Shown: positions 56,429 to 64,000 of the stretch, one piece after another
Numbering within the stretch: position 1 is the stretch's first letter
Layout of the letters: the number at the start of each line of letters is the position of its first letter
NCBI GenBank assembly: GCA_963676815.1
Contig: OY781365.1
Span: forward strand, 2,456,488-2,520,487
Reading direction: 5' to 3'
Length of the DNA stretch: 64,000 nucleotides
Origin: an uncultured Draconibacterium sp.
GTDB taxonomy: Bacteria; Bacteroidota; Bacteroidia; Bacteroidales; Prolixibacteraceae
Translations under genes and position numbers: made by a program
Notes under the pieces: model-generated
What the model was told of the DNA's origin: nothing
The model's database searches: none
What the model saw: only the letters and a program-made list of their open reading frames with translations

Positions 56429-58585
56429 TTAGCGAATAATCGTCATTTCGTCGATCAGGTTTTGCGCACCGGCATAAACATCAACTACCCAAAGTACAAA
56501 ACGGATATCAACATTGATACAGCGTTGTAGGTTTTCTTCAAAATCAAGGTCGCCACTCATCGCTTCCCAGTTTCCGTCGAAAGCAATACCAATCAATTCT
56601 CCTTTTCCGTTAATAACCGGGCTTCCCGAGTTTCCTCCGGTAATATCGTTGTCGGTAATAAAACAAGTATGAAGTTTGCCATCGGCATCGGCATACTCGC
56701 CAAAGTTTTCATCCAGCAGCAGTTCTTTCATTCGTTTCGGAACGTCAAACTCATAATCGCCAGGAATTTCTTTTTCAAGGTAACCATCTGTAGTGGTGTA
56801 ATATTTATAGGTTACTCCATCGCGCGGATCGTAAGGCATTACCGTTCCGTATGTTAAACGCATGGTTGAGTTAGCATCCGGATAGAATTTTTTGTCGGGT
56901 TGCATTTCCATCAGGCCGGCAACAAACAATCTTCTTCCCTTCAGTAGTTTTTCGTTTCCTCCTCTAAGTCCCATCGATGTAGATCGGTACATATCGAAAA
57001 TGTCAACTGCGGCCTGGAATGCCATGTCTTTTTTCAATGCTTTTAACGATGGATTAGCAAGAAATGCCGTCAGTTCTTCTTTGTTATCAAAAATGGTTTT
57101 CTGGAACATTTTTGAAGTATACTTTTTGTAATCGCCTTTGTATTTGTTCTGGATTTCAGAAAAGAACGCAGGATAGTATTTCGAAGAATTATTCTCGGCG
57201 TAGATTTTCATTAGTGCAGCTGCAATTTTTTCGTCGGTTGCTGCATCGTAATCTTTAAAATAGCCTTCAACAGTGCCTTCTAATCTTGCGGCAAAAGCTT
57301 CAATTTTCTCCTTGTTTTCATCTGGTTTTTCCAGCAAGTCAGCCAATTGATTTGCACGGTAGGCAAACATAAAAATTTCAGGCCCGCGCAACAATGCTTC
57401 GGCAGCATATTCCATCGCTTTCTCTGCTTCAACATCCTGGTACGATTCTTCAATTAAAGGAAGCGCTTCGCCGTATTTTGCTTTTCTTTCGGCATTTGCA
57501 TTTGCCCATTCCGTGAATTGTTCTTCCAACTCTTGTTTTTGAGCAATGATCCCCAGTTTTGTTAATGCTTCGTTTTGTCCAATAGCGTTTTTGTAGTAAT
57601 TGGCGCTGCGTGCATGTTTCGATGCGTACTGGATTTTTGCTTTTTGGCTGGTAGCCATGTAATCGGCAATAATGTCCAGTTTTTTCTCACGAACCACAAT
57701 GCGTGCGGTGTTGGTTACTTTCATAGTGTAATCAATTCCCCACGAAGTTTTGTAACGGTTGGTGCTACCCGGATAACCAAAAACCATTGCAAAGTCGTTT
57801 TCTTTAACGCCTTTTAACGAAATGGGCAAGTGGTATTTAGGCTGGTAAGGAACATTGTCTTCCGAATATTCTGCCGGAGTCCCGTCAGGAGCACAATAAA
57901 CGCGGAACATCGAAAAATCGTTGGTATGACGAGGCCACATCCAGTTGTCGGTGTCGCCACCAAATTTACCTAGCGCTTGTGGTGGAGCACCTACCAAACG
58001 AACATCTTTAAATGTTTCGGTAACGAAAAGAAAAAACTGGTTGGCTTTAAAAAAGTCTCTGATGTACACCTCGTAGTGTGTATCGCCTTTTGCTTCTCTT
58101 TCCAATTCACGAATTATCTGGTCGATTTTGTTATTTCTTTCACTTTCGCTCATTTCGTCGGTAACGTCGGCCAAAACTTTGTCGGTAACATCTTCAACCG
58201 AAATAAGGAAAGTAACCGTTTTGCCGGGGTTGGGTAGTTCTTCGTCTTTTGAACGTGCCCAAAAACCATCTTGCAAATAATCATGCTCAACACTCGAGTG
58301 TTGCTGAATTTCGCCAAAACCACAGTGGTGGTTGGTTAAAAGTAATCCGTCTTCTGAAATAACTTCAGCAGTACACGATCCTCGGTCAAGGGCAACAATT
58401 GCATCTTTCAGGCTCGATTGGTTGATGCTGTATATATCTTCAGCACTCAATTCGCAGCCCATATCTTGCATGGTTTTAATGTTCAGTTTGTGAATAAGTG
58501 AAGGAAGCCACATTCCTTCTTTTGCAACTGCCGAACCAACCATCAAAATGGTTATCAGCAGCATAAGATTTAATTTTCTCATCAT
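56429..58585 (-). CDS. dpp7: S46 family dipeptidyl-peptidase (DPP7-like)
   Basis: EGMWLP, LTNHHCG, TGGNSGSPV and FDGNWEAMSGD (the DPP7-type rather than DPP11-type pattern). A minus-strand TATATTTG at 58616-58623 supports a start at 58585. Confidence 0.88.
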   Translation of the reverse strand: MMRKLNLMLLITILMVGSAVAKEGMWLPSLIHKLNIKTMQDMGCELSAEDIYSINQSSLKDAIVALDRGSCTAEVISEDGLLLTNHHCGFGEIQQHSSVEHDYLQDGFWARSKDEELPNPGKTVTFLISVEDVTDKVLADVTDEMSESERNNKIDQIIRELEREAKGDTHYEVYIRDFFKANQFFLFVTETFKDVRLVGAPPQALGKFGGDTDNWMWPRHTNDFSMFRVYCAPDGTPAEYSEDNVPYQPKYHLPISLKGVKENDFAMVFGYPGSTNRYKTSWGIDYTMKVTNTARIVVREKKLDIIADYMATSQKAKIQYASKHARSANYYKNAIGQNEALTKLGIIAQKQELEEQFTEWANANAERKAKYGEALPLIEESYQDVEAEKAMEYAAEALLRGPEIFMFAYRANQLADLLEKPDENKEKIEAFAARLEGTVEGYFKDYDAATDEKIAAALMKIYAENNSSKYYPAFFSEIQNKYKGDYKKYTSKMFQKTIFDNKEELTAFLANPSLKALKKDMAFQAAVDIFDMYRSTSMGLRGGNEKLLKGRRLFVAGLMEMQPDKKFYPDANSTMRLTYGTVMPYDPRDGVTYKYYTTTDGYLEKEIPGDYEFDVPKRMKELLLDENFGEYADADGKLHTCFITDNDITGGNSGSPVINGKGELIGIAFDGNWEAMSGDLDFEENLQRCINVDIRFVLWVVDVYAGAQNLIDEMTIIR

Positions 58586-58833
58586 ATTATTACTTGTTGT
58601 ATTCAAAATGTTGTGCAAATATAGTTTTTCAAAATACTTAACAACGTGATTTATATCTCTTTTGTTCGTCCGTTTTTATCGAGCTCGAAGTAAGGAAACA
58701 ATACCCACATATAGCTTACGCTTTTGAGCTGCTCCTTAATTTGCCCGTAAATTTTGGTTCGGTTTGTAACATTTGTATTTGATTTGCTGCCCGAATTACA
58801 CGAATTGCATTATATTGAAAATAAAAACTTGTT

Positions 58834-59838
58834 ATGAGCCGATTTGCCAGAATTATTATGTGGGTTTTATTGTGGGGAGCACTATTTGTTGCCCTTGCCT
58901 ATTTTTTGCCTAAAACCGTTGAGGTTGAGAGAAGTGCCGATGTTAAAGCACCGGTAAAAACCGTGTATGCACAAATTATCGATTTACATCAATGGGATCA
59001 TTGGTCGCCCTGGAAACGGATGGGTGAAAATGTTAGCGTTGAGTACATCAATCATGGAGTTGGATTGGGCGGAGGCTATGTTTGGCGAAATGAAAATAAA
59101 GAAAACAGCGGTGCAACCATTGAAATTATAGAGGCAAATCCATGGAGCAAAGTTGCTGTTTCGCTTGATTTTATGCAGCGTGGCGAGGCTTTAAGTACTT
59201 TCTCCTTGGCCGAAAAAGGAGCCGAAACAAAGGTAACCTGGACACTTACTTATGATGTAGGCAACAATCCTTTTGCACGTTGGATTGGCTTGCTTATGAA
59301 AAAAAGTATGGGAACCGACTTCGACAATGGCCTGGTGAAATTAAAAGCGCTTTGCCAGGTAATTAAAAATGAAGGAGAGCACGTGATTTTATTGGATACA
59401 GTGGATGAAATGCAATATGCCGGTATTCGCGAAACAGTACCATTTATTGAGGTTAGCCGCGAAATGAGCGTGATGTATGGCGAAATCAGCAAGTTTCTGG
59501 CACAAAATGAAATTGAAATGGCAGGAATGCCTTTTGCCTTATATCACTTGATGGACGAAGAAAATATTGACTTGGAATGTGGTATTCCGATTGACGCCAA
59601 TGTTGAAGGGAACAGAACTGTAGAAGTGGCTACTTTCCCCACGACAACCTGTGCCTGTCTCGATTTTTATGGCGACTACAGCAATTTGCAGGAAGGACAT
59701 ACCGCTGTGCAAAAATGGCTGGAAACACACGGTTTTAACCTGATAAGTGCACCAATGGAAATTTACCTCACCGATCCGCAACAGGAACCCGACCCAGCAA
59801 ATTGGGTAACCCGTATCTGCTATCCGGTTGAAAAATAA
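58834..59838 (+). CDS. SRPBCC + GyrI-like effector-binding domain protein
   Basis: N-terminal TM, VERSADV...WSPW...GDFDNGL SRPBCC-like part, then GDYSNL..H...EIYLTDP GyrI-like part. Confidence 0.85.
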   Translation: MSRFARIIMWVLLWGALFVALAYFLPKTVEVERSADVKAPVKTVYAQIIDLHQWDHWSPWKRMGENVSVEYINHGVGLGGGYVWRNENKENSGATIEIIEANPWSKVAVSLDFMQRGEALSTFSLAEKGAETKVTWTLTYDVGNNPFARWIGLLMKKSMGTDFDNGLVKLKALCQVIKNEGEHVILLDTVDEMQYAGIRETVPFIEVSREMSVMYGEISKFLAQNEIEMAGMPFALYHLMDEENIDLECGIPIDANVEGNRTVEVATFPTTTCACLDFYGDYSNLQEGHTAVQKWLETHGFNLISAPMEIYLTDPQQEPDPANWVTRICYPVEK

Positions 59839-59916
59839 TTTGATAGGTTAAAAATCTCTAAACAACAGGGCTATGTCTCAATTCTTACTAAATTTGTAGC
59901 TCTTAAAATTTTTAGG

Positions 59917-60765
59917 GTGGAAGAGAAGAAGTTTTTTGATAAACTAAAAAATCAATACCGGTTAATTATTTACAACGATACCACGTTTCAGTCAGTGTGG
60001 AGCATGAAGCTTTCGCGATTGAAAGTGTTCACCGTAACCAGTTTAACATCGGCAATATTGGTGATACTGGTAATTCTGCTGATCGCAACAACCGGTTTGC
60101 GCGAATATATTCCCGGTTATCCGAAAGCTGAGTACCGACAAATGTTGGTGCGTAATGCTTTGGTGGTTGATTCGCTGGAACAGGAGCTGGCAAAACGCGA
60201 TCAGTTTTTTAAAGGAATTCAGGCGATTATGGCCGGCGAAGTTCCGGAAGATGAACAGCTGGCAGCTACCGATATTGAGAAGGATGAGGTGGAATTTAAA
60301 CAGTATAATCACGACTCTGTATTTCAGGACAAACTACTGGCAGAACAATTAAGCCTTTCCATTCGGAATGATAATGACGATGTTACACAACTCAGTCAGG
60401 TGCACCTTTTTGTGCCGGTTAAAGGAGTAATCTCGGAACATTTTAAAAATACACCCGATCATTTTGGCGTTGACCTGGTGAGTGAGCCCAATGCACGAAT
60501 TTCTTCGGTGCTTGACGGAACCGTAATTTTTGCCGGTTGGACACTCGAAACAGGTTACGTGGCATATATTCAGCACGAGGCCAATTTGGTTTCGGTATAC
60601 AAACACAACGCCGAGTTATTAAAGAAAACCGGCCAGACAGTAAAAGCCGGCGAGGCGATTGCCATAATCGGAAATACAGGAGAGTTATCAAGTGGGCCGC
60701 ACTTGCATTTTGAGTTGTGGCACGACGGAACCGCACTTGATCCGGAACAGTACATTGACTTTTAA
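59917..60765 (+). CDS. M23 family metallopeptidase
   Basis: HFGVD, YKH and SGPHLHFELW motifs; -7 box TAAATTTG at 59889-59896. Confidence 0.9.
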   Translation: MEEKKFFDKLKNQYRLIIYNDTTFQSVWSMKLSRLKVFTVTSLTSAILVILVILLIATTGLREYIPGYPKAEYRQMLVRNALVVDSLEQELAKRDQFFKGIQAIMAGEVPEDEQLAATDIEKDEVEFKQYNHDSVFQDKLLAEQLSLSIRNDNDDVTQLSQVHLFVPVKGVISEHFKNTPDHFGVDLVSEPNARISSVLDGTVIFAGWTLETGYVAYIQHEANLVSVYKHNAELLKKTGQTVKAGEAIAIIGNTGELSSGPHLHFELWHDGTALDPEQYIDF

Positions 60766-60766
60766 G

Positions 60767-61927
60767 ATGAAGAAAAGAATAGCAATTCTTGGATCTACCG
60801 GATCCATAGGAACCCAGGCACTCGAGGTAATTGAGCAAAATCCCGATTTATTTGAAGTTGAGGTTTTAACGGCAAATAATAGTGTCGAGTTGCTCATTCA
60901 GCAGGCCAAAAAATTTCGACCCAATGTAGTGGTTATTGCCAACAAGGGAAACTACCGACTTGTTTCTGATGCGTTAGAAGATGAAGATATAAAAGTTTAT
61001 GCCGGAGAAGAGGCATTGAACCAGGTGGTTGAAATGGATACCATTGATTTGGTGCTGACTGCAATGGTGGGCTATTCTGGATTGATTCCAACATACAACG
61101 CCGTAAAAGCTGGAAAAACAATTGCACTGGCCAATAAGGAAACGCTGGTTGTTGCCGGCGAGATCATAACAAAAGCAGCCCGCGAAAAGCAGGTTGATTT
61201 GTTGCCCGTTGATTCGGAGCACTCGGCCATTTTTCAGTGCTTGGTTGGCGAGTTTATGAATCCGATAGAGAAGATTTACCTCACTTGTTCCGGTGGTCCG
61301 TTCCGCGGGAAATCGCTTGAAGAACTAAAACATGTCACCGTAGACGATGCTTTGGCGCACCCCAACTGGGACATGGGAGCAAAAATCACGATCGATTCAG
61401 CAACACTGATGAACAAAGGCTTTGAGGTAATCGAAGCTCACTGGCTGTTTGGTTTGCCCGCTTCAAAGATTGATGTTGTCGTGCATCCCGAGTCTATTAT
61501 TCATTCCATCGTTCAGTTTGAAGACGGTTCGATGAAGGCACAAATGGGACTGCCCGATATGAAGCTGCCCATTCAGTATGCCATGGGATTTCCGAATCGA
61601 ATTGCGAATAACTTCCCGCGTTTCAACTTTTTAGATTACCCGACTTTGCATTTTGAGCAGCCAAATACAGAAATTTTTCGTAACCTTGCACTCTCTTTTA
61701 CGGCAATGGAAAAGGGCGGAAATTTGCCCTGTATTCTGAATGCTGCCAATGAGATAGTTGTAGAGGCATTTTTGAAACAAAAAATAGAGTTTTTGCAAAT
61801 GCCCGAAATGATTGAACAAGCCATGAACAAGGTTGATTTTGTTAATCAGCCAACGCTCAATGATTTAATTGAGACCAACGACGAAACAAGAAAGGTGGCA
61901 CAGTTGTTAACAGAAAACAAAATTTAG
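60767..61927 (+). CDS. dxr: 1-deoxy-D-xylulose-5-phosphate reductoisomerase
   Basis: ILGSTGSIG, ANKETLV, PVDSEHSA and HPNWDMGAKITIDSATLMNKG; ATG 60767. Confidence 0.97.
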   Translation: MKKRIAILGSTGSIGTQALEVIEQNPDLFEVEVLTANNSVELLIQQAKKFRPNVVVIANKGNYRLVSDALEDEDIKVYAGEEALNQVVEMDTIDLVLTAMVGYSGLIPTYNAVKAGKTIALANKETLVVAGEIITKAAREKQVDLLPVDSEHSAIFQCLVGEFMNPIEKIYLTCSGGPFRGKSLEELKHVTVDDALAHPNWDMGAKITIDSATLMNKGFEVIEAHWLFGLPASKIDVVVHPESIIHSIVQFEDGSMKAQMGLPDMKLPIQYAMGFPNRIANNFPRFNFLDYPTLHFEQPNTEIFRNLALSFTAMEKGGNLPCILNAANEIVVEAFLKQKIEFLQMPEMIEQAMNKVDFVNQPTLNDLIETNDETRKVAQLLTENKI

Positions 61928-61937
61928 AAAGAATTTA

Positions 61938-63275
61938 ATGGAGTCGATATTAATTAAAACCGCACAATTACTTTTAAGTCTCTCAATATTAGTGGTGCTG
62001 CACGAGGCTGGCCACTTTATGTTTGCCCGTTTATTTAAAACGCGGGTAGAAAAATTTTACCTCTTTTTTAATCCGTGGTTCTCGCTTTTTAAAATTAAAA
62101 AAGGCGAAACCGAATACGGAATTGGATGGTTGCCCCTTGGTGGTTACGTCAAAATTTCGGGGATGATCGATGAATCGATGGACAAAGAAGCAATGAAATT
62201 ACCACCACAACCCTGGGAATTCAGAGCAAAACCGGCCTGGCAACGTTTGTTGATTATGGTTGGTGGTGTGCTGATGAATTTCATTTTTGCCATGGTAATT
62301 TACATTGGTGTGCTTTATGCATGGGGCGAACAGTATCTGCCTACCGAAAATGTAAAATACGGAGTTGTAGTTAACGAAACCGGCGAGCAGCTTGGGTTTA
62401 AAACCGGCGATAAAATTCTTACCGTTGATAATCAATACATCGAGCAGTTTAGCAAAATTGTACCAACCATTGTTTTAGATGGTGCAAAAACCGTTCAGGT
62501 TGAGCGCGATGGCCGGAAAGTGGATGTGGAGATTACTGGTGAAGATTTGGCTCTGTTGCTAAAGAGCAAAGGCATTTGGGAAGAACGTATTCCTTACGAT
62601 ATTCAGATAGGACGTTTGGCGAAAGATTTGCCGGCACAAAAAGCCGGGTTTGAAGTTGGCGATGTTTTAGGAAAAGTTGATGGTAAATCATTTGATTACT
62701 ACGATCAGTTTACCAATTATTTGGAATCAAAAGCTGGGCAGGAAATAGCAATCGATCTTACCCGTGAAGGTCAGGAAATGACCAAAACACTGACAGTAAC
62801 AGAAGATGGAAAGATGGGATTTAATGCAGCGTTAAACAATCCCGATATTTTTGAATTCAAAACCATTAAATATGGTTTCCTCGAATCTATTCCTGCAGGT
62901 ATAAATCGTGGTGTTCAAACCACCGGAAATTACCTGAAACAGTTTAAATTGTTCTTCAAAAAAGAAACAAAAGCATACGAATCTTTAGGAGGATTTGCAA
63001 CCATCGGAAATATTTTCTCTTCTTCGTGGGACTGGGCACATTTCTGGAATATGACAGCATTTATTTCAATAATTTTGGCCATTATGAACCTCTTGCCAAT
63101 TCCTGCTTTGGATGGCGGACACGTAATGTTTTTATTTGGCGAAATGATTACCGGACGTAAACCCGGAGAAAAATTTCTGGAGTATGCTCAAATTGCCGGA
63201 ATGGTATTACTTTTGGCTTTGGTACTTTATGCGAATGCCAACGATATAATTAAAATGATTAACGGCACATTTTAA
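61938..63275 (+). CDS. rseP: RIP metalloprotease RseP
   Basis: HEAGH, PLGGYVKI, PDZ segments and NLLPIPALDGGH. Confidence 0.95.
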   Translation: MESILIKTAQLLLSLSILVVLHEAGHFMFARLFKTRVEKFYLFFNPWFSLFKIKKGETEYGIGWLPLGGYVKISGMIDESMDKEAMKLPPQPWEFRAKPAWQRLLIMVGGVLMNFIFAMVIYIGVLYAWGEQYLPTENVKYGVVVNETGEQLGFKTGDKILTVDNQYIEQFSKIVPTIVLDGAKTVQVERDGRKVDVEITGEDLALLLKSKGIWEERIPYDIQIGRLAKDLPAQKAGFEVGDVLGKVDGKSFDYYDQFTNYLESKAGQEIAIDLTREGQEMTKTLTVTEDGKMGFNAALNNPDIFEFKTIKYGFLESIPAGINRGVQTTGNYLKQFKLFFKKETKAYESLGGFATIGNIFSSSWDWAHFWNMTAFISIILAIMNLLPIPALDGGHVMFLFGEMITGRKPGEKFLEYAQIAGMVLLLALVLYANANDIIKMINGTF

Positions 63276-63320
63276 TGAAAAAAAACTATTTTTGTCGTGG
63301 AACCAATTAACTTATTAGAT

Positions 63321-63521
63321 ATGAATTTATTTGTAGTAGCAGGATTTATCGGACCTCAGGAAATAATAATCATCTTAATAATTGTTTTACTTCTGTTTGG
63401 TGGTCGTAAAATTCCGGAATTGATGAAAGGCCTTGGAAAAGGAATGAAGGAATTCAAAGAAGCCACAAAAGAAGATGAGGCTGACGATAAAAAACCGGAA
63501 AGCGAAAAAATCGAAAAGTAA
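63321..63521 (+). CDS. tatA: Twin-arginine translocase subunit TatA/E
   Basis: [36 protein letters not shown]; -7 box TATTTTTG at 63287-63294 favours ATG 63321. Confidence 0.93.
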   Translation: MNLFVVAGFIGPQEIIIILIIVLLLFGGRKIPELMKGLGKGMKEFKEATKEDEADDKKPESEKIEK

Positions 63522-63543
63522 TTAATATCGAAATAGATATTAC

Positions 63544-63578
63544 AAATCCCGTTCTGTGTAACAGTTACGGGATTTTTT
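63544..63578 (+). terminator. Intrinsic terminator after tatA
   Basis: AAATCCCGT...ACGGGATTTTTT. Confidence 0.8.
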
Positions 63579-63675
63579 GTATTTCAGCCGACTGCCTTTT
63601 TATACGCCATATTGCAGATTAACAGTATGGTAAGGTTTTTGTTATCTCTATTAGAAATCCAAAAAAGCAGATTAT

Positions 63676-64000
63676 ATGAAACGTATTAACCACCTTGTTT
63701 TTTTCTTTTTCGTTGTCGCAATATTTGCCGGCTGCGATTCCGATTCAACTGTGATGTACAAAAATATTACCGGAAAAGCCGGTGAGATGGTTGTTGTTAT
63801 TTCCAAAGAATCGTGGGATAAAGCACCCGGAAAAATAGTTCGTGAAACCCTGGCTCAACCACATGTAGGATTACCACAAGACGAACCACTTTTCGATTTG
63901 ATAAATGTGCCGCACGAAGCTTTTCAGGATATTTTCAGATCGACACGTAACATTGTGCAAACTACCATTTCTTCAAATGTTGATAAGAGTGGAATTCAAT
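63676..64000 (+). CDS. DUF4837-like lipoprotein, 3'-truncated (not in the supplied ORF track)
   Basis: My translation: MKRINHLVFFFFVVAIFAGC (lipobox) DSDSTVMYKNITGKAGEMVVV...GLPQDEPLFDL; open to the window end. Confidence 0.75.
   Translation, partial: MKRINHLVFFFFVVAIFAGCDSDSTVMYKNITGKAGEMVVVISKESWDKAPGKIVRETLAQPHVGLPQDEPLFDLINVPHEAFQDIFRSTRNIVQTTISSNVDKSGIQ

Noticed and set aside
58792-58809. CGAATTACA CGAATTGCA 9-bp doublet resembling the left-half repeat families
   Set aside because: Only two units; could arise by chance.

Overview
Chromosomal segment of a Bacteroidota bacterium. Gene content, TAnnTTTG promoters and T9SS cargo suggest a Marinilabiliales/Prolixibacteraceae (Draconibacterium-like) host; this is inference. 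Left half (1-29.3 kb): four co-oriented genes for secreted Ig/PKD/HYR-type proteins: a 5'-truncated giant of >4,800 aa, a 383-aa protein, a 237-aa protein, and a ~2,800-aa protein with a T9SS type B (gliding-motility) C-terminal domain. The first three lack a T9SS CTD. They end in a shared hydrophobic-x-P-[RK]-P...I tail that resembles the linker and first strand of the PKD-like repeats. I propose a multi-subunit, strand-complemented, T9SS-anchored filament (tip/shaft/adaptor/anchor). The three 1.3-1.6 kb gaps between these genes are filled with palindromic REP-like elements, 7-, 8-, 9- and 21-bp periodic arrays, and 153-255 bp tandem duplications; no transposase or nuclease gene is present. 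Right half is mostly housekeeping: a frameshifted MG2/plug-domain gene, a MetY-like enzyme, a glycogen cluster (glgB, GSCFA, debranching enzyme, GT4, GH57, glgP), an XRE-cupin regulator with an acyl-CoA synthetase, pyrH-frr, DUF3267/flippase/GT4, rnhB, an ECF sigma trio, psd (with an apparent lipoprotein signal), rnhA, dpp7, an SRPBCC-GyrI protein, M23 peptidase-dxr-rseP-tatA and a partial DUF4837 lipoprotein. Two candidate small RNA/attenuator elements lie upstream of glgB and pyrH. No rRNA, tRNA, CRISPR array or IS element was seen.
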